A stretch of DNA of 32,795 bases, from positions 28,796 to 61,590 of the forward strand of contig RDEW01000042.1 in assembly GCA_011109175.1 (NCBI GenBank). The letters are read 5' to 3'. How positions within the stretch are numbered: position 1 is the stretch's first letter; each line of letters starts with the position of its first letter. A program made the translations under genes and the position numbers. The notes under the pieces are model-generated. The model worked only from the letters and a program-made list of their open reading frames with translations. It searched no databases and had not been told where the DNA came from. The DNA is from Dicyema japonicum. Taxonomy: Eukaryota > Animalia > Dicyemida. Shown piece after piece: positions 21,880-32,795 of the stretch.

Positions 21880-22900
21880 AAGTTCATAAATTATTAAATT
21901 AATAACGAGTAAATTAACTAATTAAGCGTATTTTGATCCAGATTGTTGGTAATCCCTCTTCTTCTCTTAGAAGAAGAGTGAGCCATAACCTCCCTGTTAC
22001 TCCGCATCTCCAAATCAGATTCAGTCAAAATATCTCCGTTAAAGTCCAGTGGGCTGTCCTCACGGCATGCCAGTTCCACAAGTTGGGAGGTAGCAGAGGC
22101 GTACTCTTCATCGTATACCTTCATCCCATGCTTATGTTCAATGAGCATACTTTCGAGCGTTCTCTTCAGCACAACCGATTGGATGTAAGTCCTCGTTGAT
22201 TCTTCAATAGATAATTTATCCATATGATTCTTGAAGCATCTTGAGACAACTCCATCCCATGTCAAAACCACTGGAATAATCTTCACTTGGCATTCATAGA
22301 GCAGCGAAAGTTCATTTGCTAGCAAGTCATATTTGTGAAGTTTCTCAACTTCAACTTGCTTTAGTCGGTCTTGTGAGGTAATCCCCACTTCAATTAAAGT
22401 TACTTCCTTCTTTGTTTTGTCATACACAAAAATATCAGGTTTATTGTATTGGACTTTTGTTTCTGTCAAAATCGACGTGTCAACTCTAATTTCGACATTT
22501 TGATTCGTCAATATTGACTGAACCGAATGTCCTTTCAATTTCCTGCTTCTTTTGATTCCATAAATTCGACAAAGATGAAGATGGATGCACTTTACCACTT
22601 CATTATGTCTTCGGAGATAATCACTATTTAGCATTTTTCCACACTGAGTGGCCAAATGATCAACAGTTTTCTTGCTTTTTTTACAATGGTTGCATAATGA
22701 CCCCGTGTGTGCAAAAAACAAATTCCTATCTTGCAAAAGACAGTACAATGCTTCGCTCCGTGTGCCGTTATTTCCTTTGGATAACCATTCTGAGGAAGTA
22801 TATAGGTCGACATTTGTTTCATCAATACATTTGAACATAATTGAGTGTAGTGTTTTGCAATAAATTTTATTTAATAAATGTGACCGGTTGAATACGTTAA
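21880..22900 (-). mobile_element. 5'-truncated R4/Dong-like RLE retrotransposon
   Basis: ORF 21918-22928 has CNHC..DHLATQC, RRHNEVVKCIHLHLC, NKPDIFVY..LIEVG..EKLHKYD and IIPVVLTWDG. This segment is uninterrupted. Confidence 0.88.
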
Positions 22901-23087
22901 ACGAGCCGTTAAAGCCGTTAGAAATCAATAATTTTTTAATGAAAAATAAATCAATAAATTAATTAATTTTTATCTTTATAATGATTAGTAATTTTAATAA
23001 TTTAAATTTCTCACAAATTTTCATTTTCTTAACTGCTAATATCAGATAGATTTTTGCTCACGTTTGTTTTTGTTTTTTGTTATGTAG

Positions 23088-24200
23088 GTTGTCTATTTTA
23101 CTCTGCTACAAAAGCAAGAAATCTGAGATACCAAATTTTACCATCCAATTTGCTGAAGGAGAAACGAAAATTCATAAGAACTGCGTCATTATTCAGACTA
23201 AAAGACTCATTGCCGGCTCAACTATTTTTTTTCAAAACAAGTGGAATTTTATTGCACGTGTTCGCTGTGGAAGAAGATGAACAGAAGAGGATATTTATTG
23301 AAAATGCTCACCTCAAAAATGGACATCCTGGTCGTGATAGACTTCTTTCTCTTCTAAAGAATCTAGTCTATGGATTTTGCAGAGATGAAGTTATGGTTGT
23401 TCTCAGGTCTTGTTCACAATGTCTGGCAAGACGGCTTATGAACACTCGACCAACTATAACACCTATCAGAGCATATACAGTGTGAGAAAGTTGCTAGTTA
23501 ACTATTCTAATTTCATGTATATTTTTGATTTAGTTGATCTACGACACTATTCAAATTTCAATGCTCAACATTTGGTATAAAACAGGTCAAGGGACGTCCT
23601 AGGTGTCCTTGAGTGCAGGACAAGTCGAGCGCCTGAATAAGACATTGAAATTTATGAATTCTTCAACCTGCTTTTCAAAGAATTTGAATTTCAAATGGAT
23701 AGACATAATTGAAGAAATTACAAGTTCCTATAATTCTGTCCAGCATTCAACAACTTTGCACGCTTTTTTTAAATTGATGTTCGGAGCTTCTGTCAATGAA
23801 ACCATAAATTATCATTACTCAGAAGAGGAAATGAATGAAATATTCAACCAAATTGATTCATGGACTGAAGAAATACAAACTGAAGCAACTGAATATCTTG
23901 CATGGTTTTGGTCATCAAGTGAAACTTCGAGACAAAAGCAATTTTAAATTCAAACAATGCTAAAAAAATGTTAACAAAAAGAATGTGGAAGAATGATATT
24001 TCTATTTTTAACATCAGTGATCGAGTTGTTAAAAGGGTCTATCTTGATAATAATAAAAAAACACGAAAAAGTGGCTTAAACGAACACATTGATACATTCA
24101 TATATCATGTTAAAAGGAGTATCTGCCACAGGAATGATTGATCTATAAAAAGATGGTAGTGTGATTCAAAAAAATAGCAGAGACATACCAAAGCTAGAAT
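23088..24200 (+). pseudogene. Decayed Ginger/KRBA2-like (Gypsy-type) DDE integrase, catalytic core deleted
   Basis: HHCC zinc motif AHLKNGHPGRD...CSQC (ORF 23054-23485). VDLRHYS at ~23533. GQVERLNKTL..W..YNSVQHST..FKLMFG (ORF 23603-23947). The segment that should hold DNGxEF is absent. No RT or LTR nearby. Confidence 0.75.
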
Positions 24201-24484
24201 AATTTTACAATATAAATTTCTTAATTTTTTCTAATAAAAACAGTTATTATTTTGCTCATTTATAATATCACGATGAGATCATTTATAATATCATTAGAGT
24301 TAGGAGTTCTAAGGCTTTCAGCTTTGCATTAGAGTTAGGAAAATTTATGGGATATATATTAGAGTTATACAACGAACAGAACGTAAGAAAACTAACAATT
24401 TGACGAGACACAGCTGAAACACACAATTTGAATTGAAATAGCAAAAATCACCAATGTAACTAAGAGAAAAAGTATCCATTAAGT

Positions 24485-24510
24485 CAGGGATGTCGAACTC
24501 ATTTCCCTTT
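24485..24510 (+). mobile_element. Solo hAT-type terminal inverted repeat
   Basis: CAGGGATGTCGAACTCATTT resembles the common hAT end CAGGGGTGTCAAACTCATTT and is preceded by CATTAAGT (NNNTANNN). No partner end found. Confidence 0.45.
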
Positions 24511-24818
24511 GAGGACCTTTGGAGGACCTCCACGAAGTTTCTTTGAGAAGAAGATTTAATGCGTCCCGAAAATTATCAGGAAAAGTCATTTACTACGTTT
24601 TTCTGTTTAGCAGAAATTTTAATTTAATAAAATGTATATTATCAAAAATTAAAATGATGTAAATTATAATTTGTTAATGTTGTGGATAATTTGACTAGTT
24701 TAAAGCAAACTTGGTTTAGATATAAAACTTCATTTTTTTAATGTTCAATCATTAATACAGGACGATTGTATACCCTTTGCGAATAAATCATGTTATCTGT
24801 TATCTGTATACCCTGTGC

Positions 24819-27800
24819 TACGTTGTTCTTTGGTACTCTACTCTCGTTGTTGCTATGAGGAATACGAGAATATTTCCAGATAAAGATATATTTAAAAACT
24901 CTGAGAAGGAAGTCAGTGTTACTGCTATCCTACAAGTAAAAAACTCCGATATGGGTGCACTCTGAATATTCAATACTCTATGTAGTATGGATTCTCTCAA
25001 GGTGGCTCGAACATCTCGTCGACACATGAGAATTTCTCCTGAACTTTAAAACTACAAGTGATTTGGAAGGTTTCCAGAATCAACTAGAAGAAAGAAAACC
25101 TTTTGGAGTTAATGGACATTCATTACAAAAAGCTACGCCGAGACCCTCAGTAGTATGCTCAAAGGTCTTCCGACGTGGATTGAAACCGATGAGTTGGAAG
25201 AATACCTTGGAACGATATTGGGAGAAAAATTTACGGTTGAAAGATTTGAAAAGCAGGGCATCAGACTATCTGTTGCCAAACTTACAATTTCGGACAGAAA
25301 TGAGGCTGAATCTCTTTAAGATTTGGACTGATAATTGGATATCTGAAGATAAAAGTTGAATGGTTCAATAAACCAGAGATCCAATGTTTTCGTTGTCAAC
25401 AGTTTGGTCATATTGCTCGTTTTTGCAAGAATGTTGAAAGATGCCTTGTTTCTTCTGGGCCACATAGAAGATCGCAGTGTCCGTTACAAACAATAATAAG
25501 ACGTGTGTGAATTGTGGTTCATCCAGCCACTTTGCCAATTATGGAGGATGCCCCAAGGCTGTTGAAGCTAACGTAGCGAAGAAAAACAAAGGAAAATTAT
25601 CTCTAAAACGAGAAAATGCCCATAATGGAGAAAGTAAAGTTTCCAATATTGGAACGAATAAGAAATTAAGAATGTATGAGCAGACTGGCTGGAATACGAC
25701 ATATAATAAGAAACCTTCTAAAAAAGAAACAGTAGAAGCTTCAACACAGACAAGCAGTTTTGATGAGAGTGACCAGGCGGAAGCACCTGTTAGAAAAGTG
25801 ACTTTTGGAGTTGCTACACAGACTATCGAGACTCACTCAAACATCTTGTCTGAAAATGAAGAAGTAGTAGCTTCCAACTCGATTCTTGACAAGTTGGAGA
25901 GAAGCATTAAAGATATGACTAAGACAAAAAAGGATTCTAAATTTTTACTAGATTTGGTGGCGCTCTTAAAAAGAGAGGGCAGTCACCAAAAAAACCAGAA
26001 GTAGTCAGGATAACCCTGATTAATGCCCGTTCTCTTGAAAAACGGGCCTCAGTGCTGGTTGCTCTAGCCAGCACGATCCAGATGGATGTTCTAATTATAA
26101 ACGAAACTAAATTGAAGAAAAGACCATTTAAAATTGATGGATACGACTCATTAGATATTTTTTGGAAGACTGGTTCTTGTGCTGGAACAGGAACTTCAAT
26201 TTACTACAAAACTTCTTTAAATACAAGACTACCCACGATCAATGAAGAAAATCTTTGTGAACTAGCAAGCATTCAACTACAAACAACCATGGGATAGATA
26301 ACTATCGGAGGAATCTATTCTAAAAAACGAGAGTATCCATGGATTGTTGACAAATTTATGGAAAACAATGAATATCCAATCCTTGTTGGGGACATGAACG
26401 CTAAACATACTGACTATGGTTGTGTAGCAACCAATCAAGATGGAAAATGCCTTGTAAAATGGATGAAGTCTGGAGAGTTAAAGATTTTAACTTCAGTAGA
26501 AATTAATCACTTTGCACCAAGGAGTGGGGACAAGCTCGGAGTTTTTGTGATGCCTCAGAATCTAAGCAAAATTTGTGAGCACCCATATGTGGAGCAAGAT
26601 ATTGGAAGCGACCATCTTCCACAAACTTTGGAAATAAGGACGGGCCTATATCTGCTGAAAAACTTTTGTTGGCTACAACCTTAATAATGTCAACTGGGTT
26701 GATTTCGATTATTTTATACGGGTGAAACTGGGAAATGTCTGTGATCTATTGATCTTGGACTCCTCAGATATTGATTACTTGGATGACAAAATTAGGACTT
26801 TGATATTGTGTTATTTGGACGAATATGGAAGTAAAAAATTCTGTATGCCGCATGGATGCTCATCAATGAGCTTAAAAGAAGATTCCCTCCATCGAGAGAA
26901 AAAATCACTTGAAAGTAAACTGAAAAGATGTTGGAACATTCCCGACTCGGAAAAGCTAAAGGTTCAGATCAGCTTAGTGAAAAATGAATTAATGGAAATA
27001 TTCAAACGAAAACAGGAAAATAAATGGAGAAGAGAATGCTCAAAGATCAATCACAAGAATGCAGACTTTTGGAAAGTATTCGCGAGATTGAAATCCTCTG
27101 ATGAAAATGTGATGAAATACACCTAAAATCATCCAATGGTTGTTGTATTTCAAAGGGGAAATCCCAGAAATTCTACGGCAACAGTTAGCAAAAATTCAAG
27201 AAGTAGATCCTGCTTCCATTATTCCATGTGAATTTCGAAGCAATAATCATCACTATGATAGGATGGTGTCAATGAAGGGTCCTATGTGTACCCTATTTCC
27301 CCTGAAGAAGTAAAAATTGCGATTTGTAGCTGCAAGAACAAAACCCCTGGATGGGATTTTATCCCAATGAAAATATTCAAGAATGCAAATGCTATGTTAA
27401 TTGATGCATTAACCATGCTTTATAATGCCTCGTGGAAACTTGCTCACGTTCCATCGACCTGGAAAAAGTCGATTGTTCGGATGATTGGAAAGAAAGGAAA
27501 ATCAAGATCTAATCCAGAAAATTATAGACCAATTAGTCTTATTTGTTCAACTTCAAAAATTATGGAGAAAATTGTCTTCAATAGATTATCAAAAGTGGTT
27601 GAGGAAAACAATTTTCTTGCAAACAATCAGTGGGGGTTCCGTAAAAATAGAGGAACTGAAGACTGCATCCGAGAACTTAGGAAGTCAATTCAAGAATCTA
27701 TAAGTAAGAAAGAATACCTTACTGCAACGTGTTTGGACATATCCAAGGCTTTTGACAGTGTCTGGCATGAGGGACTTCTCGAGACATTGTCAAAAGCGAA

Positions 27801-28707
27801 CATTGGAAAGTCGGCGCTCATGTGGATTAGAGACTTCCTTATGGGAAGGAGTCTTATATTCGTGTGGGAAATATGCTCTCTAAAAAGATAAAACTAAGTA
27901 GAGGTGTTCCACAAAGTTCAATTTTGAGTCCCCTCCTCTTTCAACTGTATAATGAGCGAGGTGCCAAAACCGGAACACATCAATACCAAAATGATAATTT
28001 ATGCAGACGACATTCTAATTTTGGACACTAGTATAAATAAATCAATATCATGGAAAAGAACATTAGCTCATATGTCGAAATCGAAGATTGGTGTCGGAAT
28101 AATGGATTGACATTATCAAGAGAAAAAAGTTTATGTAACCTGGATAGCGAGAAATAGGAAGAATCAATATGTTGATACAGGGAATGTTAAGTTCTCGGAA
28201 AACCTGATATACCTTGGAGTATGCATTAACAAAAAAGGATCGTTTAAAGAGCACATCAAAATACGAAGAGAGAAAGCTACAGGAATGCTCAAGTCCCTAC
28301 TCCGCTTTCATTTGTCTCAGATACTTTTATGTTTGTCTACAGAACGTGTATTGAACCTTTCCTAATATATGGATATCAAGGTTGGTTTAAAACAGAGAGG
28401 AATCAGTCCTACTAACTAAATTAGAAAAGACAAGAAGGTATGCAATTAAACTCGCGCATGAATTGGATTTAGCATCTGAAATTGTTGACGAATACAAAAG
28501 AAAAACGAAAAGAATCGGTGATTTATTACATTGCTTGTGGAAACTCGCATTGTAATTGGGGCTTTTTTACGGAGAAGAGACATACGGTGTCTCATGAGAA
28601 TGCCCGATATAGACGATCCCAAATCTAGGTTTTTCCTCTTTAGTTAATGGCTCTTACCTTGTTTAGTTAGTTGGAATTTTGCGAATAAATTATGTTATCT
28701 GTATCTG
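24819..28707 (+). mobile_element. Near full-length APE-type LINE (Jockey/I-group-like ORF1 and ORF2), frameshifted
   Basis: ORF1 has three knuckles: CFRCQQFGHIARFC (~25385-25430), a degenerate second, and CVNCGSSSHFANYGGC. APE motifs LINARSL, IINETK, LVGDMNAKH and IGSDHLP. RT motifs TPGWD, NYRPISLI, QWGFRKNR, LDISKAFDSVWH, GVPQ and YADD (~28000-28012). The 3' end is GAATAAATTATGTTATCTGTATCTG. Confidence 0.9.
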
Positions 28708-28719
28708 GATGCCCTGTGC

Positions 28720-31666
28720 CTGTGGAGGCCAGGCGAAAACTCATTCTCCAAGTCGAAAAAGCAGATCTGAAATCTATGAACGCCATAGACGATAAGGTTG
28801 AGACACTAACACGAAAAAGAATTATTGGTCGAAGGGTTGAAAGCTTTCTTCAGCTAATCTACCGAAGAAATCGGTTTGGCAAACCAAAGAAGAGCTACCA
28901 GGAAGATCAAAGAACTTAATGAAATTACTTCTTTGGAAGAACTTAATTGAAATTATAACAAGACTGAAAGAATTGAGTGATGCACTTGGAGTGGATTTAC
29001 GGGAAATGGTGGACCTGGCCATTGAGAGCCCAGGCCACCAACAAGAAATTTTGAAAAGAAACTTGAAGATAGTGCTGGTGACATCCTGGTGGTCAACGAG
29101 ACCAAAGTGAAAAAGACCAACAACACAATGCTAGAGGGATACAATCTATAGAAATTCCATGGGTCGAAGGTGCAGAAGCTGGTACTGGAACCACATTGTT
29201 CTACAGTGAAGTTCTACATATACGTGAGCCAAAAATTATTATGAATACACACTGTGAATTTGTTTCCGTCGAGGTGAGAATGTTGCGGCAGTTGGATTCA
29301 CGTCGGTGAATGTATTCAAAAGACCTTAGAAAGTGTTCCGCAGAAATTGAGAATTTTTCACAAGAAATGATATGTCCATCCTAGTGGGTGATCTAAATGC
29401 CAAAAACATTGAATATGGTTGCCTCGGTACTAACGATGATAATCAGACTAATGAAATTGAGTAATAAAACTGGATTTGAGATTTTGACATCGGAAAAAAC
29501 CGAATCATTACTCGCACTACGGGGAGACATGCTTGGGGTGTTCTGGTGTCACCATCACTCTACAGCTATGTAGAAAAGCCGATGATCATGTGGGACATAA
29601 GGAGTGATCATATACCCCAAGAGATGTTATTGAACTAGCTCCAGACTCCATGGACTTTGTGTTTACAGGTTACGACCTAACAAGAATAAACTGGGAACAC
29701 TACAGAGCTACATATCAAGAAACCTTAAACACTGGAAGATTAAAGATTATTCCCGAAGTGATATCAACATCATAGACAATGAACTCTCTATCATGATGGA
29801 GATATACTTAATGCTTTACGCAAGAAGGAGATCCTCGATTACTAACGATGGAAAGAGCATCAGTCTTTCGATTTCCACATTATCTTTGATCAATGAAAGA
29901 AATCACCTGAGGACTAAACTCAGAAGATGTGTGGACTGATAGACCGGATTGCACTAACTGAATAATTGAAGATAACCAAGAAAGCCATTGAAGAAGGAAT
30001 AAGACTATCCCAAGAACAATTTGAGGGTAGAGGCAAGCAAACTAAACACCAAAGACCCCTCGTTCTGGAAGTTCTAGAATAACTAGCCAGAAAAAGGAAT
30101 GACATAAAAATCTCCTTGACCAAGCCAGAAGGTGGACTGTGTTCTATGGAAGAAGCCCCAGATATTTTTATGAAACAACTGGATCGTATTCAGGGGGTCA
30201 ACCCGATGGAGCTTATTCCGAGGGAGACGTTAGATTCTTCACGTGAAATTTTAACCTACTGTTTGGACGATCTTAAAGATACTGATATGAAAATAACTAC
30301 GTAGGAAGTCATGACTGCAAATCATGAGATGCAAGGCTACGCTCCTGGACTTGACCATCTAAGTATGAGATTGTTCAAGGAAGCCAGGCTCTATTTCCCA
30401 TACTGAAGAATTTATTCAATGCAGCATTCATCATGGTCAATGTCCCTAACGCTGGAATCTTCCATTGTCAGAAATGATACTAAAAACAGGAAAATCGAGG
30501 AGGGACCTTCTCAGCTATAGGCCAATAAGCCTCATCTGTTCGATCTCCAAGAATTATCGAAGAATTATCTTCAGGAGGCTTAACGGACCACATAGAAGAG
30601 AGTGGTTTCCTCCTCGCAGAACAATGGGGCTTCAGACCTGGAAAATCATGCACGGACTGTATCTACCAGATGTATTCAAACTGTATTGAGGTCTGGAAGT
30701 CAAGAGACTAGTCAACCTGGTATGTTTGGATCTGTCCAAGCTTTCGATAGTGTGTGCCATGAAGTACTCCTATCAAGGCTAGCAGCTGCTCAGATCCAAA
30801 AGAAACTACTCATCTGGATAAGGGATTTCCTAACAGGACGGATTTCCCAAGTACGCGTTGGAGCACATATTTCGAAAGGACTCATACTGAGAGGGGAGTT
30901 CCTCAAGGGTTCCGTCCTGAGCCCTCTGCTATTCAACATATTTCTATCCGGATTTTCCAACTCCACCGGGCATAAAAAAACTATTGATATACGTCGATGA
31001 TTTCTGATACAGATACATCTGGCAAATCAACTCTTTTCGAGAAAAGGATCATGTCATTCTTTGTCAAGTTCAGGACTGGTGCACAAAAAGAGGGATGAGA
31101 TTGTCTATGAGAAATCCAGCTCTTCTACGAGTGAAGTCGCCTAAGGAAGGCATCAGAAGCAGCCTTACTCATTAGAGATTCCTAAAGTAAACTCAATGCG
31201 CTACCTCGGGATAGCAATCGAATGGAAAGTTCCTTCATGGAGGACATAAGACGATGAAAGAAGAAGCGCTTCAAGCACTTCTTATGTACGAGAAAGTTGC
31301 TTGTAAGCCTGGAAACCTTCTTGTTCATCTTCATGAGGATCATCCTACCGGAACTGCTATATGGATGCGAAGCATGGTTTTTCTCTTGCCAAAGAGAAAG
31401 AATAATGTTTTTCATGGAAAACCAGAAGGTCGGCAATAAAGTTGGCTTTGGGGAAAAAGGCTCTGGGATGCTCTCACCACTGAAGAAGACATGATTCTAA
31501 CTCCTGTTAAAAACATCATAGAGAAAGAATCAATGGGATTCGACGTAAAAATAACTAAATGGAGTGTGGATACATCGGAAGTGTCTAGGCCGCATAGGCG
31601 GACACGTTTAAATATCCTAAAAATAACTCCTTACTTACTTACTTGGAATAAATTGATTTGATTTGA
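28720..31666 (+). mobile_element. Second APE-type LINE (related family), ORF1 end plus heavily decayed ORF2
   Basis: LVGDLNAK (~29381), IRSDHIP, APGLDH, SYRPISLICSISK (~30515), QWGFRP, KAFDSVCH, GVPQGSVLSP and YVDD (~30990). The 3' end is AATAAA (31647) followed by a (TTTGA)n tail. Confidence 0.85.
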
Positions 31667-32009
31667 GGACGATTGGGAATTTTCAGAATAAATGGTTAAG
31701 AAAACAAACACCAAGATACCTGTATTAAACCAGTAAAAGCACTAAAGTGAAGATCTCTTCTCGTCCTACGGGAAGTGCTACTGCTGAATCATTCTCCCCA
31801 GGAGAACAAGACTCACATAAGGTTGATTTTTAAACCACCGAATGTATTACAAAATACGATTCCAATATATATATCTAAATATACGATGAACTAGTGAAAT
31901 TTGATCATTCGGAAAAACAAGACTATAATTACAGTGAATTCTACTATGAATGCAATTATAATCGCAAATGTTTTACAATATTATGACAATACGTATCTAT
32001 GAGAATGAG

Positions 32010-32795
32010 CCAATAACCTTCCGTTCAGGGTGAGGAGGACGACCTGTTGGACTACCTCCAGGAGATGGCTCCCTCAACTACGAAAGTAACCCGAGTGTCA
32101 AAAGGATCGCGGCCCATGCCAAAGAAGAGATACCAGAAAGAATCAAAGAAGAACTAAATGAAATTAGGAGTGGATTTACGCGAAATGGTGGACCTGGCCA
32201 TGGAGAGCCCAGGCCACCAAAAAGAAATCTGAAAAGAACCTGAAGTTAGTGCTGGTGAATGCCGCTCCTTGGTGAAAAGGCATGATGAACTAGCACTACT
32301 TATGAGGACTGCCAAGGCAGATGTCTTGGTAGTCAACGAGACGAAGATTCGAGAAGGAAGGAATTATATTCTGGAAGGATATGACTCAGTGGACATTCCA
32401 TGAAAAGATGGACAGTTGCGGAACAGGAACCTTAATCTCTTCATAAACTATTGCAACTCGAAACTACATGCATTATATTGGCCGACGATTCGGAATTCGT
32501 GTCTGTCAACGTGCGATGTGGTGGAACGTAAATAACCATGGGAGGGCTATTTTCTAAGGAGTTGGCCCGGTCTTCTGTGAAAATTGTCGAGTTCTTCGAA
32601 AGAAACCCGATGTCGATCCTGGTGGGAGATCTGAACGACAAGAACAAGACTTATGGATGTTATGGAACAACAGGACGGTCAACTACTGGCAGATTTGGTC
32701 GGGGAAATTGGAGTCGAAGTCTTGACGTCCGAAGAACCTAACCATTTCTCACACTATGGGGTGATATGGCTGGGATTGGCCTTAGTGTCTCCACA
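32010..32795 (+). mobile_element. Third APE-type LINE (same family as 28720-31666), ORF1 end and APE, runs off the window
   Basis: GGAGTGGATTTACG.GAAATGGTGGACCTGGCCAT.GAGAGCCCAGGCCACCAA is shared between ~32168-32220 and ~28988-29040. LVVNETK and ILVGDLNDK motifs. Confidence 0.8.

Noticed and set aside
31670-32000. Spacer between the second and third LINEs as another element fragment
   Set aside because: No motif, TSD or repeat match found.

Overview
This is eukaryotic, AT-rich, transposon-saturated DNA, not a prokaryotic window. The one intact host gene is a 16-exon, 856-aa orphan (14579-17545, +) whose 15 GT-AG introns are only 22-44 nt. It uses the standard code, which points to a tiny-intron eukaryote; a myxozoan- or dicyemid-like host is an inference. 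Nearly all the rest is decayed or nested mobile DNA. A Buster-type hAT element (883-3433) sits in a TTAGGG-like tract and carries four later insertions. There are five CRE-clade (RLE) non-LTR retrotransposon copies, two of them near full length, tandem and with N-terminal PHD fingers. There are also three R4/Dong-like RLE copies, three to four APE-type LINEs with a gag-knuckle ORF1, two pogo/Tigger relics, a Ginger/KRBA2-like integrase relic, a mini-MITE and two copies of a tRNA-derived SINE. The most unusual signals are at element junctions. A 28-34-nt antisense fragment of the neighbouring R4 element is fused to the 5' end of a CRE element inside its TSD. Two copies of one CRE subfamily share a target motif. 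One LINE site appears to have been hit serially. All calls come from reading motifs by eye; no searches were run.
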